DNA of 64,000 nt, taken from Angustibacter luteus. GTDB taxonomy: Bacteria; Actinomycetota; Actinomycetes; Actinomycetales; Angustibacteraceae. Position 1 is the first letter of the stretch, and each line of letters begins with the position of its first letter. This document shows, in pieces, positions 10,430 to 19,411 of this stretch. The stretch spans positions 124,001-188,000 of the forward strand of contig NZ_BAABFP010000007.1 of the NCBI RefSeq assembly GCF_039541115.1, written 5' to 3'. The notes below the pieces were generated by a model. That model was not told the DNA's origin. It saw nothing but the letters and a program-made list of their open reading frames with translations, and made no database searches. The translations under genes and the position numbers were made by a program.

Positions 10430-11412
10430 CTGATCTCGCCGACCTCGATCTCGCCGTCGGCAATCTCACTGCGGCGCGGGGGGTTCGAGCCGGCCCGGCC
10501 GCAGGTGATGGACGACGTCAGGGTGGCTCGGTGCAGCGCGCTCACGAGGACGTCGACCTCGGCTGCTCGCAGCGCCGGGCCGCGACCGCGACCCAGCAGC
10601 CCGGCATCCGCCAAGCCGGAGAGCAGCCCGGACATGAACGAGTCCCCGGCGCCCACCGTGTCGATGACCTGGACCCGTTGCGGGGCAACGGTGATCGCGG
10701 ACGACGGGTCCGCCGACCGCCAGGCGCTCGCGCCGTCGCCGCCGCGGGTCACCACGACCAGGGCCGGCCCGGCGGCGGCCCAGCGGGCACCCACCTGCTG
10801 CACGCTCGACCCCGGGTAGAGCCACTCGAGGTCCTCCTCGCTGGCCTTGACGATGTCGCTGCCGGACACCAGCGCCTCGACCCCCGGCCGTACGGCGTCC
10901 GCGCCGCCCATGATCTGCGGACGCAGGTTCGGGTCGAAGGACGTCGTGACGCCGGCCGCGTGGGCGGCGTGCACGGCGACCTGCACGGCGGCCGAGCCGG
11001 GCGCCAGCGCGGCGCCGATGGAGCCGGTGTGCAGGTGGTCGGCGCCCGAGACGTCGAGCGGAGGCAGGTCCCACACCAGGTCGAACACGTACCGCGCGGA
11101 GCCCGCGGCGTCCAAGGTCGCCGTCGCCGTGGACGTCCGCGACCGCGACGCCCACCCCTGGGCCAGGTGCACGCCGTCCTCGTCGAGCGCCGCCCGCACC
11201 AGGGCGCCGTCCGCGTCCTGCCCGACGCGGGTGGCGAAGGTGACCGTGTGCCCGAGCCGGGCCAGGCCGATCGCCACGTTCGCGGGACTGCCGCCGACGT
11301 GCCGCTCGACCGGTGGGACGACGCCGTCCCGCTCGGGCCGCACGACGACGTCCACCAGGGCCTCGCCGACCACGAGCAGCGGGGTCCCTACCGGGGGTTG
11401 GAGCGCAGCCAC
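10426..11412 (-). CDS. PfkB family carbohydrate kinase (fructokinase-like)
   Basis: VVGEALVD, GGSPANVAIGLARLG, FDPNLRP and DTVGAGDSF motifs. GTG 11412 follows a GGAGG and overlaps the upstream gene. Confidence 0.88.
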   Translation of the reverse strand: MAALQPPVGTPLLVVGEALVDVVVRPERDGVVPPVERHVGGSPANVAIGLARLGHTVTFATRVGQDADGALVRAALDEDGVHLAQGWASRSRTSTATATLDAAGSARYVFDLVWDLPPLDVSGADHLHTGSIGAALAPGSAAVQVAVHAAHAAGVTTSFDPNLRPQIMGGADAVRPGVEALVSGSDIVKASEEDLEWLYPGSSVQQVGARWAAAGPALVVVTRGGDGASAWRSADPSSAITVAPQRVQVIDTVGAGDSFMSGLLSGLADAGLLGRGRGPALRAAEVDVLVSALHRATLTSSITCGRAGSNPPRRSEIADGEIEVGEIS

Positions 11413-11981
11413 GCCAGCACCTCCGCCGTGTGCGAGTCCGGCGGGAACACCGGGTAGAACGCGTGGGCGACGACACCGTCGTCCAGCACCAGGGTGAGCC
11501 GTCGCAGCAGCACCTGCCCGGCCGCCTCGAACGTGGGAAGCCGCAGCGCCTGGGTGAAGGCCAGGTCGTGGTCGGACAGCAGCCGGTACGGCAGGTGCAG
11601 CCGCTGCACGGCCTCCTGCTGGTACGCCGTGGTCTGCGTCGACAGGCCGAACACGTGGTCCGCGCCGGCGGCCAGCAGGTCGCCGACGTGGTCGCGGATG
11701 TCGCACGCCTGCGGGGTGCACCCCCGGGCGCCGGGGATCGCGTCCCAGTCCGCCACCAGCGGCGCCTCCCCCGGCACGCCGGTGCGCGGGTAGCCGAAGA
11801 CCACGGAACGACCCGGCAGCCGGGCCAGGTCGACGCTGCCGCCACCGGTCGAGCCCAGCGCGAGCCCGGGCACCGGGCAGGACGCGAGGTGGTCAGCCGC
11901 CCCGTCGTCCGGCGGGACGGGCAGACCCGCGGGCAGCTGGCCCGGCTCGTAACCCGGCAGCGGGCCTGCGTCGGTGGCCAC
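11388..11981 (-). CDS. Peroxiredoxin/redoxin family protein
   Basis: YPRTG...WDAIPGARGCTPQAC, FGLSTQ, LPYRLLSD and RRLTLV...FYPVFPP motifs. Confidence 0.85.
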   Translation of the reverse strand: MATDAGPLPGYEPGQLPAGLPVPPDDGAADHLASCPVPGLALGSTGGGSVDLARLPGRSVVFGYPRTGVPGEAPLVADWDAIPGARGCTPQACDIRDHVGDLLAAGADHVFGLSTQTTAYQQEAVQRLHLPYRLLSDHDLAFTQALRLPTFEAAGQVLLRRLTLVLDDGVVAHAFYPVFPPDSHTAEVLAWLRSNPR

Positions 11982-11984
11982 GAC

Positions 11985-13031
11985 TCAGCGTCCGTGCTCG
12001 AAGTCCACCGAGCTGTAGGCGCGCAGCTTGCTCAGCCGGTGGTGGCTCTCGATCACCCGGATGGTGCCGCTCTTGGAGCGCATCACCAGCGAGTGCGTGG
12101 TCGCGCCACCCGCCCGGTAGCGCACCCCGCGCAGCAGCTCGCCGTCCGTGATCCCCGTCGCCACGAAGAACACGTTGTCACCGCTGACCAGGTCGTCGGT
12201 GTGCAGGACGCGGTCCAGGTCGTGCCCGGCGTCCAGGGCGCGCTGGCGCTCGGCGTCGTCCTTGGGCCACAGCCGGCCCTGGATCGTGCCGCCCAGGCAC
12301 TTGATCGCGCACGCCGAGATGATGCCCTCAGGGGTGCCGCCGACCCCGAGCAGCAGGTCGACCCCGGTGTCCGGGCGGGCCGCCATGATCGCGCCCGCCA
12401 CGTCTCCGTCCGAGATCAGCCGGATCCGGGCGCCGGTGGCCCGGACCTCCTCGATGAGCTGCTGGTGCCGGGGACGGTCGAGGATCACCACCGTGACGTC
12501 CTCGGGCTCCTCGTTCTTCGCCTTCGCCACCCGCGCGATGTTCTCCGCGACCGGGGCGGTGATGTCGACGACGTCGGCCGCCTCCGGACCGGTCACCAGC
12601 TTGTCCATGTAGAACACGGCGCTCGGGTCGTACATCGCGCCGCGCTCGGCGACTGCGAGGACGGCGATGGCGCTCGGCTGGCCGTTCGCGGTCAGGCTCG
12701 TCCCGTCGATCGGGTCGACCGCCACGTCGCAGTCCGCGCCGGTCCCGTCGCCGACCCGCTCGCCGTTGAACAGCATCGGCGCGTCGTCCTTCTCGCCCTC
12801 GCCGATCACCACGACGCCGTTCATCGACACGGTGCCGATCAGCTTGCGCATCGCGTTGACCGCGGCCCCGTCGGCGCCGTTCTTGTCGCCACGGCCCACC
12901 CAGCGACCGCCGGCCATCGCCGCTGCCTCGGTGACCCGGACGAGCTCGAGGGCCAGGTTGCGGTCCGGCTCCTCGGCGGACACGCGCAGGCTCTCCGGCA
13001 GCGTGCCCGCGGTGGTCGGCTCGTCGGGCAT
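11985..13031 (-). CDS. glpX: Class II fructose-1,6-bisphosphatase
   Basis: [35 protein letters not shown] and GGTPEG motifs; AGGAGA RBS before ATG 13031. Confidence 0.96.
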   Translation of the reverse strand: MPDEPTTAGTLPESLRVSAEEPDRNLALELVRVTEAAAMAGGRWVGRGDKNGADGAAVNAMRKLIGTVSMNGVVVIGEGEKDDAPMLFNGERVGDGTGADCDVAVDPIDGTSLTANGQPSAIAVLAVAERGAMYDPSAVFYMDKLVTGPEAADVVDITAPVAENIARVAKAKNEEPEDVTVVILDRPRHQQLIEEVRATGARIRLISDGDVAGAIMAARPDTGVDLLLGVGGTPEGIISACAIKCLGGTIQGRLWPKDDAERQRALDAGHDLDRVLHTDDLVSGDNVFFVATGITDGELLRGVRYRAGGATTHSLVMRSKSGTIRVIESHHRLSKLRAYSSVDFEHGR

Positions 13032-13094
13032 GGTTCTCCTCGCGTGGGGCCGTGCGGCGGGGGCGGGTGCAGCGACGACTCTATCGGTCACCGA

Positions 13095-13154
13095 GCCTGT
13101 TCAGCCGCCCGGTCAGCCGCGCGGTCAGCCGCCTGGTCAGCCGCCCGGTCAGCC
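13095..13154. repeat. Five tandem 12-bp units (GCCnGGTCAGCC) overlapping the stop codon of the DUF4245 gene
   Basis: gcctgttcagcc gcccggtcagcc gcgcggtcagcc gcctggtcagcc gcccggtcagcc read directly from the sequence. Confidence 0.9.
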
Positions 13155-13745
13155 GGGTGGGCGCAGGCTCTCGGCCAGCAGCGTCAGGTCGTCGAACGGC
13201 GCGGTGCCGGTCACGATCGTGGTCACCGCGTCCCGGGTGTGCACCAGGCTGTTCTGGTTGGCGCGACCGCCCGCGTAACGCTGCCACGTCTCGCCGTCGA
13301 TCTGCTGGGTGCCGACCTTGGGCGCCCGGTTCGTCTGCTGGGACAGCCACTCGTCCGGCGCGTCCTTGCCCTGCTCGAGCGCGGCGTACTGCTGCTGCGG
13401 GGTCTGGTACCCCGCGTGCCAGGTCACCACCTGGGCCGTCGAGCGCGTCGTGCGCACGCTCGTCGCCCTCCACCCGTCCGGCAGACCCACCGGCACGGAC
13501 GGGGTGAACTCCACCTGGGACGCCGCGGCGCGGGCCCCCAGCGGGACGTCGACCGGCGGCTGGGTGACCTGGTTGACCCGAGGCACGATCAGCACCAGCA
13601 CGAACGCGATGCCCACGACCACCAGCAGGGACAGCACCATCGACGTCCACGGCGCCCGGGCGCGGCGCAGGCGCTTGTGCGCCGCCAGCTCCGCCGCCTG
13701 GTCGAGCTCGCTGCGGGTCTCGCTCACGGGTCCGGACTCACTCAC
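13149..13745 (-). CDS. DUF4245-like membrane-anchored protein
   Basis: [12 protein letters not shown] helix, [12 protein letters not shown] and WHAGY motifs; conserved position between xseB and glpX. Confidence 0.8.
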   Translation of the reverse strand: MSESGPVSETRSELDQAAELAAHKRLRRARAPWTSMVLSLLVVVGIAFVLVLIVPRVNQVTQPPVDVPLGARAAASQVEFTPSVPVGLPDGWRATSVRTTRSTAQVVTWHAGYQTPQQQYAALEQGKDAPDEWLSQQTNRAPKVGTQQIDGETWQRYAGGRANQNSLVHTRDAVTTIVTGTAPFDDLTLLAESLRPPG

Positions 13746-13977
13746 TGCTGGAGCCCGACCGCTCGCGGGCGGCGTCGAGGCGCTCGCGGGCCCCGTCCAG
13801 CCAGGCCTGGCAGCGCTGGGCCAGGGCCTCGCCGCGCTCCCAGAGCTCGAGGGACTGCTCGAGGCTCGCCCCGCCGGCCTCCAGCTGGCGCACGACGTCC
13901 ACCAGCTCGTCCCGGGCCTGCTCGTAGGTCAGCGCATCGGTGTCGGGCGCGGCGGCGTCCGGCTGCTTCTTGGGCAC
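13738..13977 (-). CDS. xseB: Exodeoxyribonuclease VII small subunit
   Basis: [37 protein letters not shown]; downstream of xseA. Confidence 0.95.
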   Translation of the reverse strand: MPKKQPDAAAPDTDALTYEQARDELVDVVRQLEAGGASLEQSLELWERGEALAQRCQAWLDGARERLDAARERSGSSSE

Positions 13978-14016
13978 GACGTGACCCTAACCTGCACCGG
14001 GGACAGCCCTCACCTT

Positions 14017-14040
14017 CGACCGCTCAGCCGACCGCTCAGT
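14017..14040. repeat. Two tandem 12-bp units (cgaccgctcagy) containing the xseA stop codon
   Basis: cgaccgctcagc cgaccgctcagt; the xseA stop is TCA at 14036-14038. Confidence 0.7.
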
Positions 14041-15271
14041 CAGCGGTGGCGGCGATCTCCCCGGCCGCGACCCGCAGTCGCAGCGCGTCACCGGTGGCCA
14101 CCTCGTCGGGGGAGCGGACGACGACCCCGTCGGCGCGCTGCACGACCGCGTAGCCGCGGTCGAGGGTGGCCTGCGGCGACAGCGAGCGCACCTGGACGGC
14201 GAGGTGGCGCACGGCGTCCCCGGCCCGGTCGAGCCGGCCACCCAGCGCGCGTCGGGCCCGCTGCACGGCGGACTCCACCTCGTCCAGCCGGACGTCGACC
14301 AGCACCTCCGGGTTCGCGAGCACCGGACGGGAGCGCAGCGCCGACAGCGTCGCCTGCTCTCGGTCGATCCGGTGCACGACGGCCCGGTGCAGCCGCTCCT
14401 GCGCGTTCGCGAGCGCGGCGAGCTGCTCGCCGACGTCCGGGACGACCAGCCGGCCGGCGTCGGTGGGGGTGGAGGCGCGCACGTCGGCCACGAGGTCGAG
14501 CAGCGGGGTGTCGACCTCGTGGCCGATCGCGCTGACCACGGGCGTGCGGGCGCTCGCGACGGCCCGGACGAGGGCCTCGTTGCTGAACGGCAGCAGGTCC
14601 TCCAGCGAGCCGCCGCCCCGTGCGATGACGATGACGTCGACGTCCGGCTCGTCGTCCAGCTCGAGCAGGGCGGCCCGCACCTCGCTGACCGCGTTCGGGC
14701 CCTGCACGGCGACCTCGCGCAGCGCGAACTCGACGGCCGGCCAGCGGCGGCGGGCGTTCTCGACCACGTCGCGCTCGGCGGCGCTCGCGCGGCCGGTGAC
14801 CAGGCCGACCCGGCGGGGGAGGAAGGGCAGCGGCTTCTTGCGGTCGGCCGACAGCAGCCCCTCGGCGGCCAGCAGGCGCTTGAGGTGCTCGACCCGGGCG
14901 AGGAGCTCGCCGACCCCGACGGGCCGGATCGCGTCGGCGTTCAGCTGCAGCGTCCCGCGCTTGACCCAGAAGTCGGGCTTGGCGTGCACGACGACCCGTG
15001 CGCCGTCGACGAGGTCGGCTCCGAGGCCGTCCAGCACGCGCACGCTGGTGGTGACGGGGAGCGAGAAGTCGACGTCGGCGTCCCGCAGGGTGAGGAACGC
15101 CACGCTCTGACCGGGTCGACGGGTCAGCTGCACCACCTGGCCCTCGATCCAGACGGGCGGCATCTTGGCCACGTACTCGGCCATCTTCGTGCTCAGCAGC
15201 CGCACCGGCCACGGGTGCTCGGCGGTGGTCTCGCGGGCGAACTCCGGCACCCGGCGTGGCTGGTCGCTCAC
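14036..15271 (-). CDS. xseA: Exodeoxyribonuclease VII large subunit
   Basis: N-terminal OB fold (VWIEGQ), [20 protein letters not shown] motif, [15 protein letters not shown] and TLDRGYA. Confidence 0.96.
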   Translation of the reverse strand: MSDQPRRVPEFARETTAEHPWPVRLLSTKMAEYVAKMPPVWIEGQVVQLTRRPGQSVAFLTLRDADVDFSLPVTTSVRVLDGLGADLVDGARVVVHAKPDFWVKRGTLQLNADAIRPVGVGELLARVEHLKRLLAAEGLLSADRKKPLPFLPRRVGLVTGRASAAERDVVENARRRWPAVEFALREVAVQGPNAVSEVRAALLELDDEPDVDVIVIARGGGSLEDLLPFSNEALVRAVASARTPVVSAIGHEVDTPLLDLVADVRASTPTDAGRLVVPDVGEQLAALANAQERLHRAVVHRIDREQATLSALRSRPVLANPEVLVDVRLDEVESAVQRARRALGGRLDRAGDAVRHLAVQVRSLSPQATLDRGYAVVQRADGVVVRSPDEVATGDALRLRVAAGEIAATAD

Positions 15272-15333
15272 CCGGCCACCCTACGCAGGGCCGCTCGGAC
15301 GGCGCGGCGCCGTGTGGCACCTACGATGGACGG

Positions 15334-16329
15334 GTGACTGAACCGAGGAAGCGTGTGCTGCTCGCCGCCCCCCGTGGCTACTGCGCCGGGGTCGACCGCG
15401 CCGTCGTCGCGGTGGAGAAGGCGCTCGACCTCTACGGTGCGCCCGTCTACGTGCGCAAGCAGATCGTGCACAACAAGCACGTCGTGATGACGCTCGAGAA
15501 GCGTGGCGCGATCTTCGTGGACGAGACCGACGAGGTCCCCGAGGGCGCGACCGTGGTGTTCTCGGCGCACGGGGTGGCTCCGTCGGTGCACGAGGAGGCG
15601 GCTCGGCTGTCGCTCAAGACGATCGACGCGACCTGCCCGCTGGTGACCAAGGTGCACCACGAGGCCGTCCGGTTCGCCGCCGACGACTTCGACATCCTGC
15701 TGATCGGTCACGAGGGTCACGAGGAGGTCGTGGGCACCGCGGGGGAGGCCCCGGCGCACATCCAGCTCGTCGACGGCCCGGACGACGTCCCCAACGTGAA
15801 CGTGCGCGACCCCGAGCGGGTGGTGTGGCTGTCCCAGACGACGCTGTCGGTGGACGAGACGATGGAGACGGTGCGCCGGCTGCGCGAGCGCTTCCCGGCC
15901 CTGCAGGACCCGCCCAGCGACGACATCTGCTACGCCACCCAGAACCGTCAGGTGGCCGTGAAGCAGATCGCTCCGCAGGTGGACCTGATGATCGTGGTGG
16001 GGTCGACGAACTCGTCGAACTCGGTGCGCCTGGTCGAGGTCGCCATCGAGCACGGCTCGAAGGACGGGCACCTCGTGGACTACGCCGACGAGATCGACGA
16101 GGCCTGGCTGGACGGCGTGACGTCGGTGGGTCTGACCAGCGGCGCCAGCGTGCCCGAGGTGCTGGTCCGCGACGTCCTGCTGTGGTTGGCCGAGCGCGGG
16201 TACGGCGAGGTCGACGAGGTCGTGTCGGCGCAGGAGAGCCTGCTGTTCTCGCTGCCGCGCGAGCTGCGCCGCGACCTCAAGGCCGCCGAGGCCGCAAAGG
16301 CCGCCAAGGGCGCCGACGCGCTCACCTGA
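15334..16329 (+). CDS. ispH: 4-hydroxy-3-methylbut-2-enyl diphosphate reductase
   Basis: Fe-S cysteines in [14 protein letters not shown] and [14 protein letters not shown] and TSGASVP motifs; divergent from xseA. Confidence 0.97.
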   Translation: MTEPRKRVLLAAPRGYCAGVDRAVVAVEKALDLYGAPVYVRKQIVHNKHVVMTLEKRGAIFVDETDEVPEGATVVFSAHGVAPSVHEEAARLSLKTIDATCPLVTKVHHEAVRFAADDFDILLIGHEGHEEVVGTAGEAPAHIQLVDGPDDVPNVNVRDPERVVWLSQTTLSVDETMETVRRLRERFPALQDPPSDDICYATQNRQVAVKQIAPQVDLMIVVGSTNSSNSVRLVEVAIEHGSKDGHLVDYADEIDEAWLDGVTSVGLTSGASVPEVLVRDVLLWLAERGYGEVDEVVSAQESLLFSLPRELRRDLKAAEAAKAAKGADALT

Positions 16330-16343
16330 GTCGCGCTCCTCCC

Positions 16344-16398
16344 GCGTCGCGTTCATCCAGCGTCGCGTTCATCCAGCGTCGCGTTCATCCAGCGTCGC
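16344..16398. repeat. About 3.4 perfect tandem copies of the 16-bp unit gttcatccagcgtcgc overlapping the rmuC stop
   Basis: Units at 16351, 16367 and 16383 plus a partial copy at 16344. Confidence 0.92.
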
Positions 16399-17566
16399 GG
16401 GCGGCCCTGCGGGCCGAGGACTCCGCCGTCGTCCCGTTGACCAGGTCGGTGTCGTCCAGCAGCAGCTCGACCGCGGTCAGCGTCCGCGGCGTCGCCTCAA
16501 CCGGGGGCACGGTCTCGAGCGGGTCGTCCGTGAGGTCCAGGTCGTTCATCCGTCGTGCGGTGACCAGCACCCGGCGTTCGAGCGTGCCGACCAGGGCGTT
16601 GTAGTCCTCGACGGCCCGGTGCAGGGTGCGGCCGAGCTTGACCGAGTGGCTGCCCAGGGTGCCCAGGCGCGCGTACAGCTCCTTGCCGACCTCGAACAGC
16701 TCGCGGGCGTTGCCGGACAACGCGTCCTGCTGCCAGGTGTACGCGACGGTCCGCAGCAGAGCCAGCAGCGTCGCCGGTGAGGCGAGCACCACCCGGCGCG
16801 CCATCGCGGCCTCGTGCAGGCCGGGGTCGGCGTCCAGCGCCGCGGCCAGGATCGCGTCGCCCGGCACGAAGCACACGACCATCTCGGGCGTGGGGGTGAA
16901 GGCCTGCCAGTAGGCGCGCGCCGCCAGCACGTCGACGTGCCCGCGCAGCGCTCGCGCGTGGGCCTGCAGCAGCCGCCGCCGGTCCGCGTCGTCCTCGACG
17001 GCCCCGGCGTCCAGGAACGCCGTCAGCGGTGCCTTCGAGTCGACGACGAGCTGCTTGCCGCCCGGCAGCCGCACCACGAGGTCGGGGCGCAGCTGCCCGC
17101 CGTCCGGGCCCGAGGCACTGGCCTGCTCGACGAAGTCGACCCGAGCCAGCATGCCGGCGTGCTCGACCACGCGCCGCAGCTGCGTCTCACCCCAGGTGCC
17201 CCGGGTGTTCGACGAGCGGAGTGCGCCGGCCAGCGCGGCCGTCTGCGTCCGCAGCGCCTCACCGGACGCCGCGACCGCGAGGAGCTGCTCGTCCAGCCGC
17301 GCGTACTGCTCGACCCGGTCGCGTTCCAGCACGCCGACCTGACGCTCGACCCGGGTCAGGCTGTCCCGCAACGGCCCCAGCACGGCGGCGAGCTCACGGT
17401 CCTGGCTGGTCGCGGCCTCGAGGTCGATCACCCGCTGGCGCAGCAGGTCGCGCTCGGCTGTCGTACCGGCCGTGCGCACCCGGGCCCAGGTGCGGGCGGC
17501 GAGCACGCCGACGACCCCGCCGAGGGCGAGGCCGACGAGCAGCGCGAGCAGGGTCCCGTGATCCAT
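16385..17566 (-). CDS. rmuC: DNA recombination protein RmuC
   Basis: N-terminal TM helix and coiled coil; RGTWGETQL, RPDLVVRLPGGKQLVVDSKAP and EMVVCFVP motifs. Confidence 0.92.
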   Translation of the reverse strand: MDHGTLLALLVGLALGGVVGVLAARTWARVRTAGTTAERDLLRQRVIDLEAATSQDRELAAVLGPLRDSLTRVERQVGVLERDRVEQYARLDEQLLAVAASGEALRTQTAALAGALRSSNTRGTWGETQLRRVVEHAGMLARVDFVEQASASGPDGGQLRPDLVVRLPGGKQLVVDSKAPLTAFLDAGAVEDDADRRRLLQAHARALRGHVDVLAARAYWQAFTPTPEMVVCFVPGDAILAAALDADPGLHEAAMARRVVLASPATLLALLRTVAYTWQQDALSGNARELFEVGKELYARLGTLGSHSVKLGRTLHRAVEDYNALVGTLERRVLVTARRMNDLDLTDDPLETVPPVEATPRTLTAVELLLDDTDLVNGTTAESSARRAARDAG

Positions 17567-17573
17567 GTGGATC

Positions 17574-17596
17574 ACCATGACAGCGGCCACCGACAA
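17574..17596 (-). promoter_or_regulatory. PafBC-type (RecA-independent, RecA-NDp) DNA-damage promoter of rmuC
   Basis: Minus strand tTGTCGGtg-gccgctgt-CATGGT, then 7 nt to the ATG; fits TGTCRG-N10-TAnnnT with one mismatch. Confidence 0.7.
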
Positions 17597-17645
17597 GGCG
17601 CCGTCGCCACGCGGTGCGCGCATGCCGCTCCGTAGGCTGCCCAGC

Positions 17646-18260
17646 ATGCCCAGACCCCAGACCCGCTGGATCGCCGAGACCGGTGGACGTCGCGGCCCGG
17701 CGTACGCGGCGCGGTTCCGCGAGCTCGCGGCCTCCGGCGCGGACCTGCACGGCGAGGCCCGGTTCCTCGACGGCCTCCTGGTCGACGCGGGCCGCACCCC
17801 GGCCCGCGTCCTGGACGCCGGCACCGGCACCGGCCGCGTCGCGATCGAGCTGGCCCGCCGCGGCCACGACGTGACCGGCGTCGACGTCGACGAGTCGATG
17901 GTCGTCGAAGCCCGGGCCGACGGCCGCCAGGCCGGGGTCGACGTCCGCTGGGTGGTGGGGGACCTGCTCGACCTCGCCGACCTCGCCGGCGGTGGGTTCG
18001 ACCTGGTCGCCGCGCCCGGCAACGTCCTGGTCTACCTCGCCGACGGCACCGAGCCGGACGTCGTGATGGCGCTCGCGGCAGCGCTGGCGCCCGGCGGGCA
18101 CCTGGTCGTCGGGTTCGCCGCGGACCGGCACGTCGACCCGGACGCCTACCAGGGCTGGTGCGCCGACGCGGGTCTGGTCGAGGTGGCGCGCTACGCCAGC
18201 TGGTCCGGGGACCCCTGGGTGGCGGGCGGCGAGTTCGTGGTGGCCGTGCACCGCCGGTAG
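17646..18260 (+). CDS. Class I SAM-dependent methyltransferase
   Basis: VLDAGTGTGRVAIELARRG, VTGVDVD and LAPGGHL motifs; TAGGCT -10 box 7 nt before the ATG. Confidence 0.9.
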   Translation: MPRPQTRWIAETGGRRGPAYAARFRELAASGADLHGEARFLDGLLVDAGRTPARVLDAGTGTGRVAIELARRGHDVTGVDVDESMVVEARADGRQAGVDVRWVVGDLLDLADLAGGGFDLVAAPGNVLVYLADGTEPDVVMALAAALAPGGHLVVGFAADRHVDPDAYQGWCADAGLVEVARYASWSGDPWVAGGEFVVAVHRR

Positions 18261-18272
18261 ACTCCCGTCCTC

Positions 18273-19358
18273 GTGGCCCTCACCATCGGAATCGTCGGAC
18301 TGCCCAACGTCGGCAAGTCCACCCTGTTCAACGCCCTCACCAAGAACGAGGTGCTCGCCGCGAACTACCCGTTCGCGACGATCGAGCCCAACGTCGGGGT
18401 GGTCCCGCTGCCCGACGAGCGGCTGCCGAAGCTCGCCGAGGTCTTCGGCAGCGCGCGGATCCTGCCGGCCACTGTGTCGTTCGTCGACATCGCGGGCATC
18501 GTGCGCGGCGCGAGCGAGGGTGAGGGGCTGGGCAACAAGTTCCTGGCCAACATCCGCGAGGCCGACGCCATCTGCCAGGTGATCCGCGCCTTCGGCGACC
18601 CGGACGTCGTGCACGTCGACGGCAAGGTCGACCCGTCGTCCGACATCGAGACGATCCACACCGAGCTGATCCTGGCCGACCTGCAGACCCTCGAGAGCGC
18701 GATCCCGCGCCTGGAGAAGGAGGTCAAGGGCCGCAAGACCGACGCGAAGGTGCTCGAGGCGGCCCGGGCGGCGCAGGCGGTGCTCGAGGAGGGCACCACG
18801 CTGTACGCGGGCGGCGCGAAGGCCGGCATCGACCCGGCGGACGTGCGCGAGCTGTCGCTGCTGACGTCGAAGCCGTTCATCTACGTGTTCAACCTGGACG
18901 AGGACGGCCTGGCGGACGAGGCGCTGATGACCTCGCTGCGCGAGCTGGTGGCACCGGCCGAGGCGATCTTCCTGGACGCCAAGGTGGAGGCCGAGCTGGC
19001 CGAGCTGGACCCGGCGGACGCCGCCGAGCTGCTGGCCGGCATCGGGCAGGACGAGGCCGGGCTGGACCAGCTGGCGCGGGTCGGCTTCGAGACGCTCGGG
19101 CTGCAGACCTACCTGACGGCCGGCCCGAAGGAGACCCGGGCCTGGACGATCCGCAAGGGGTGGACGGCGCCGCAGGCCGCCGGGGTCATCCACACGGACT
19201 TCCAGCGGGGCTTCATCAAGGCCGAGATCGTGTCCTTCGAGGAGATCATCTCGGCCGGGTCGATGGCGGAGGCCAAGTCCCGCGGCAAGGTCCGCATCGA
19301 GGGCAAGGACTACGTCATGGCGGACGGCGACGTCGTGGAGTTCCGCTTCAACGTGTAG
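18273..19358 (+). CDS. ychF: Redox-regulated ATPase YchF
   Basis: [27 protein letters not shown]...[22 protein letters not shown] and EFRFNV motifs. Confidence 0.97.
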   Translation: MALTIGIVGLPNVGKSTLFNALTKNEVLAANYPFATIEPNVGVVPLPDERLPKLAEVFGSARILPATVSFVDIAGIVRGASEGEGLGNKFLANIREADAICQVIRAFGDPDVVHVDGKVDPSSDIETIHTELILADLQTLESAIPRLEKEVKGRKTDAKVLEAARAAQAVLEEGTTLYAGGAKAGIDPADVRELSLLTSKPFIYVFNLDEDGLADEALMTSLRELVAPAEAIFLDAKVEAELAELDPADAAELLAGIGQDEAGLDQLARVGFETLGLQTYLTAGPKETRAWTIRKGWTAPQAAGVIHTDFQRGFIKAEIVSFEEIISAGSMAEAKSRGKVRIEGKDYVMADGDVVEFRFNV

Positions 19359-19411
19359 AAACCCAGGTCGCCTGGTTGCGCCGCTTGCCGACCCCTCCGA
19401 CGTCGCGCCGG

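Noticed and set aside
11370..11412. PfkB kinase apparently lacking a start codon (possible frameshift fusion with the peroxiredoxin)
   Set aside because: An in-frame GTG at 11412 with an upstream GGAGG explains it as a normal 25-nt overlap.
13977..13995. Second IdeR-like box upstream of xseB
   Set aside because: Only about 12 of 19 positions match, and it is explained by the TAGGGT -10 hexamer of xseB.
13095..16398. Short repeat arrays as a possible CRISPR
   Set aside because: Units are 12-16 bp, directly adjacent with no spacers, and there are no cas genes.
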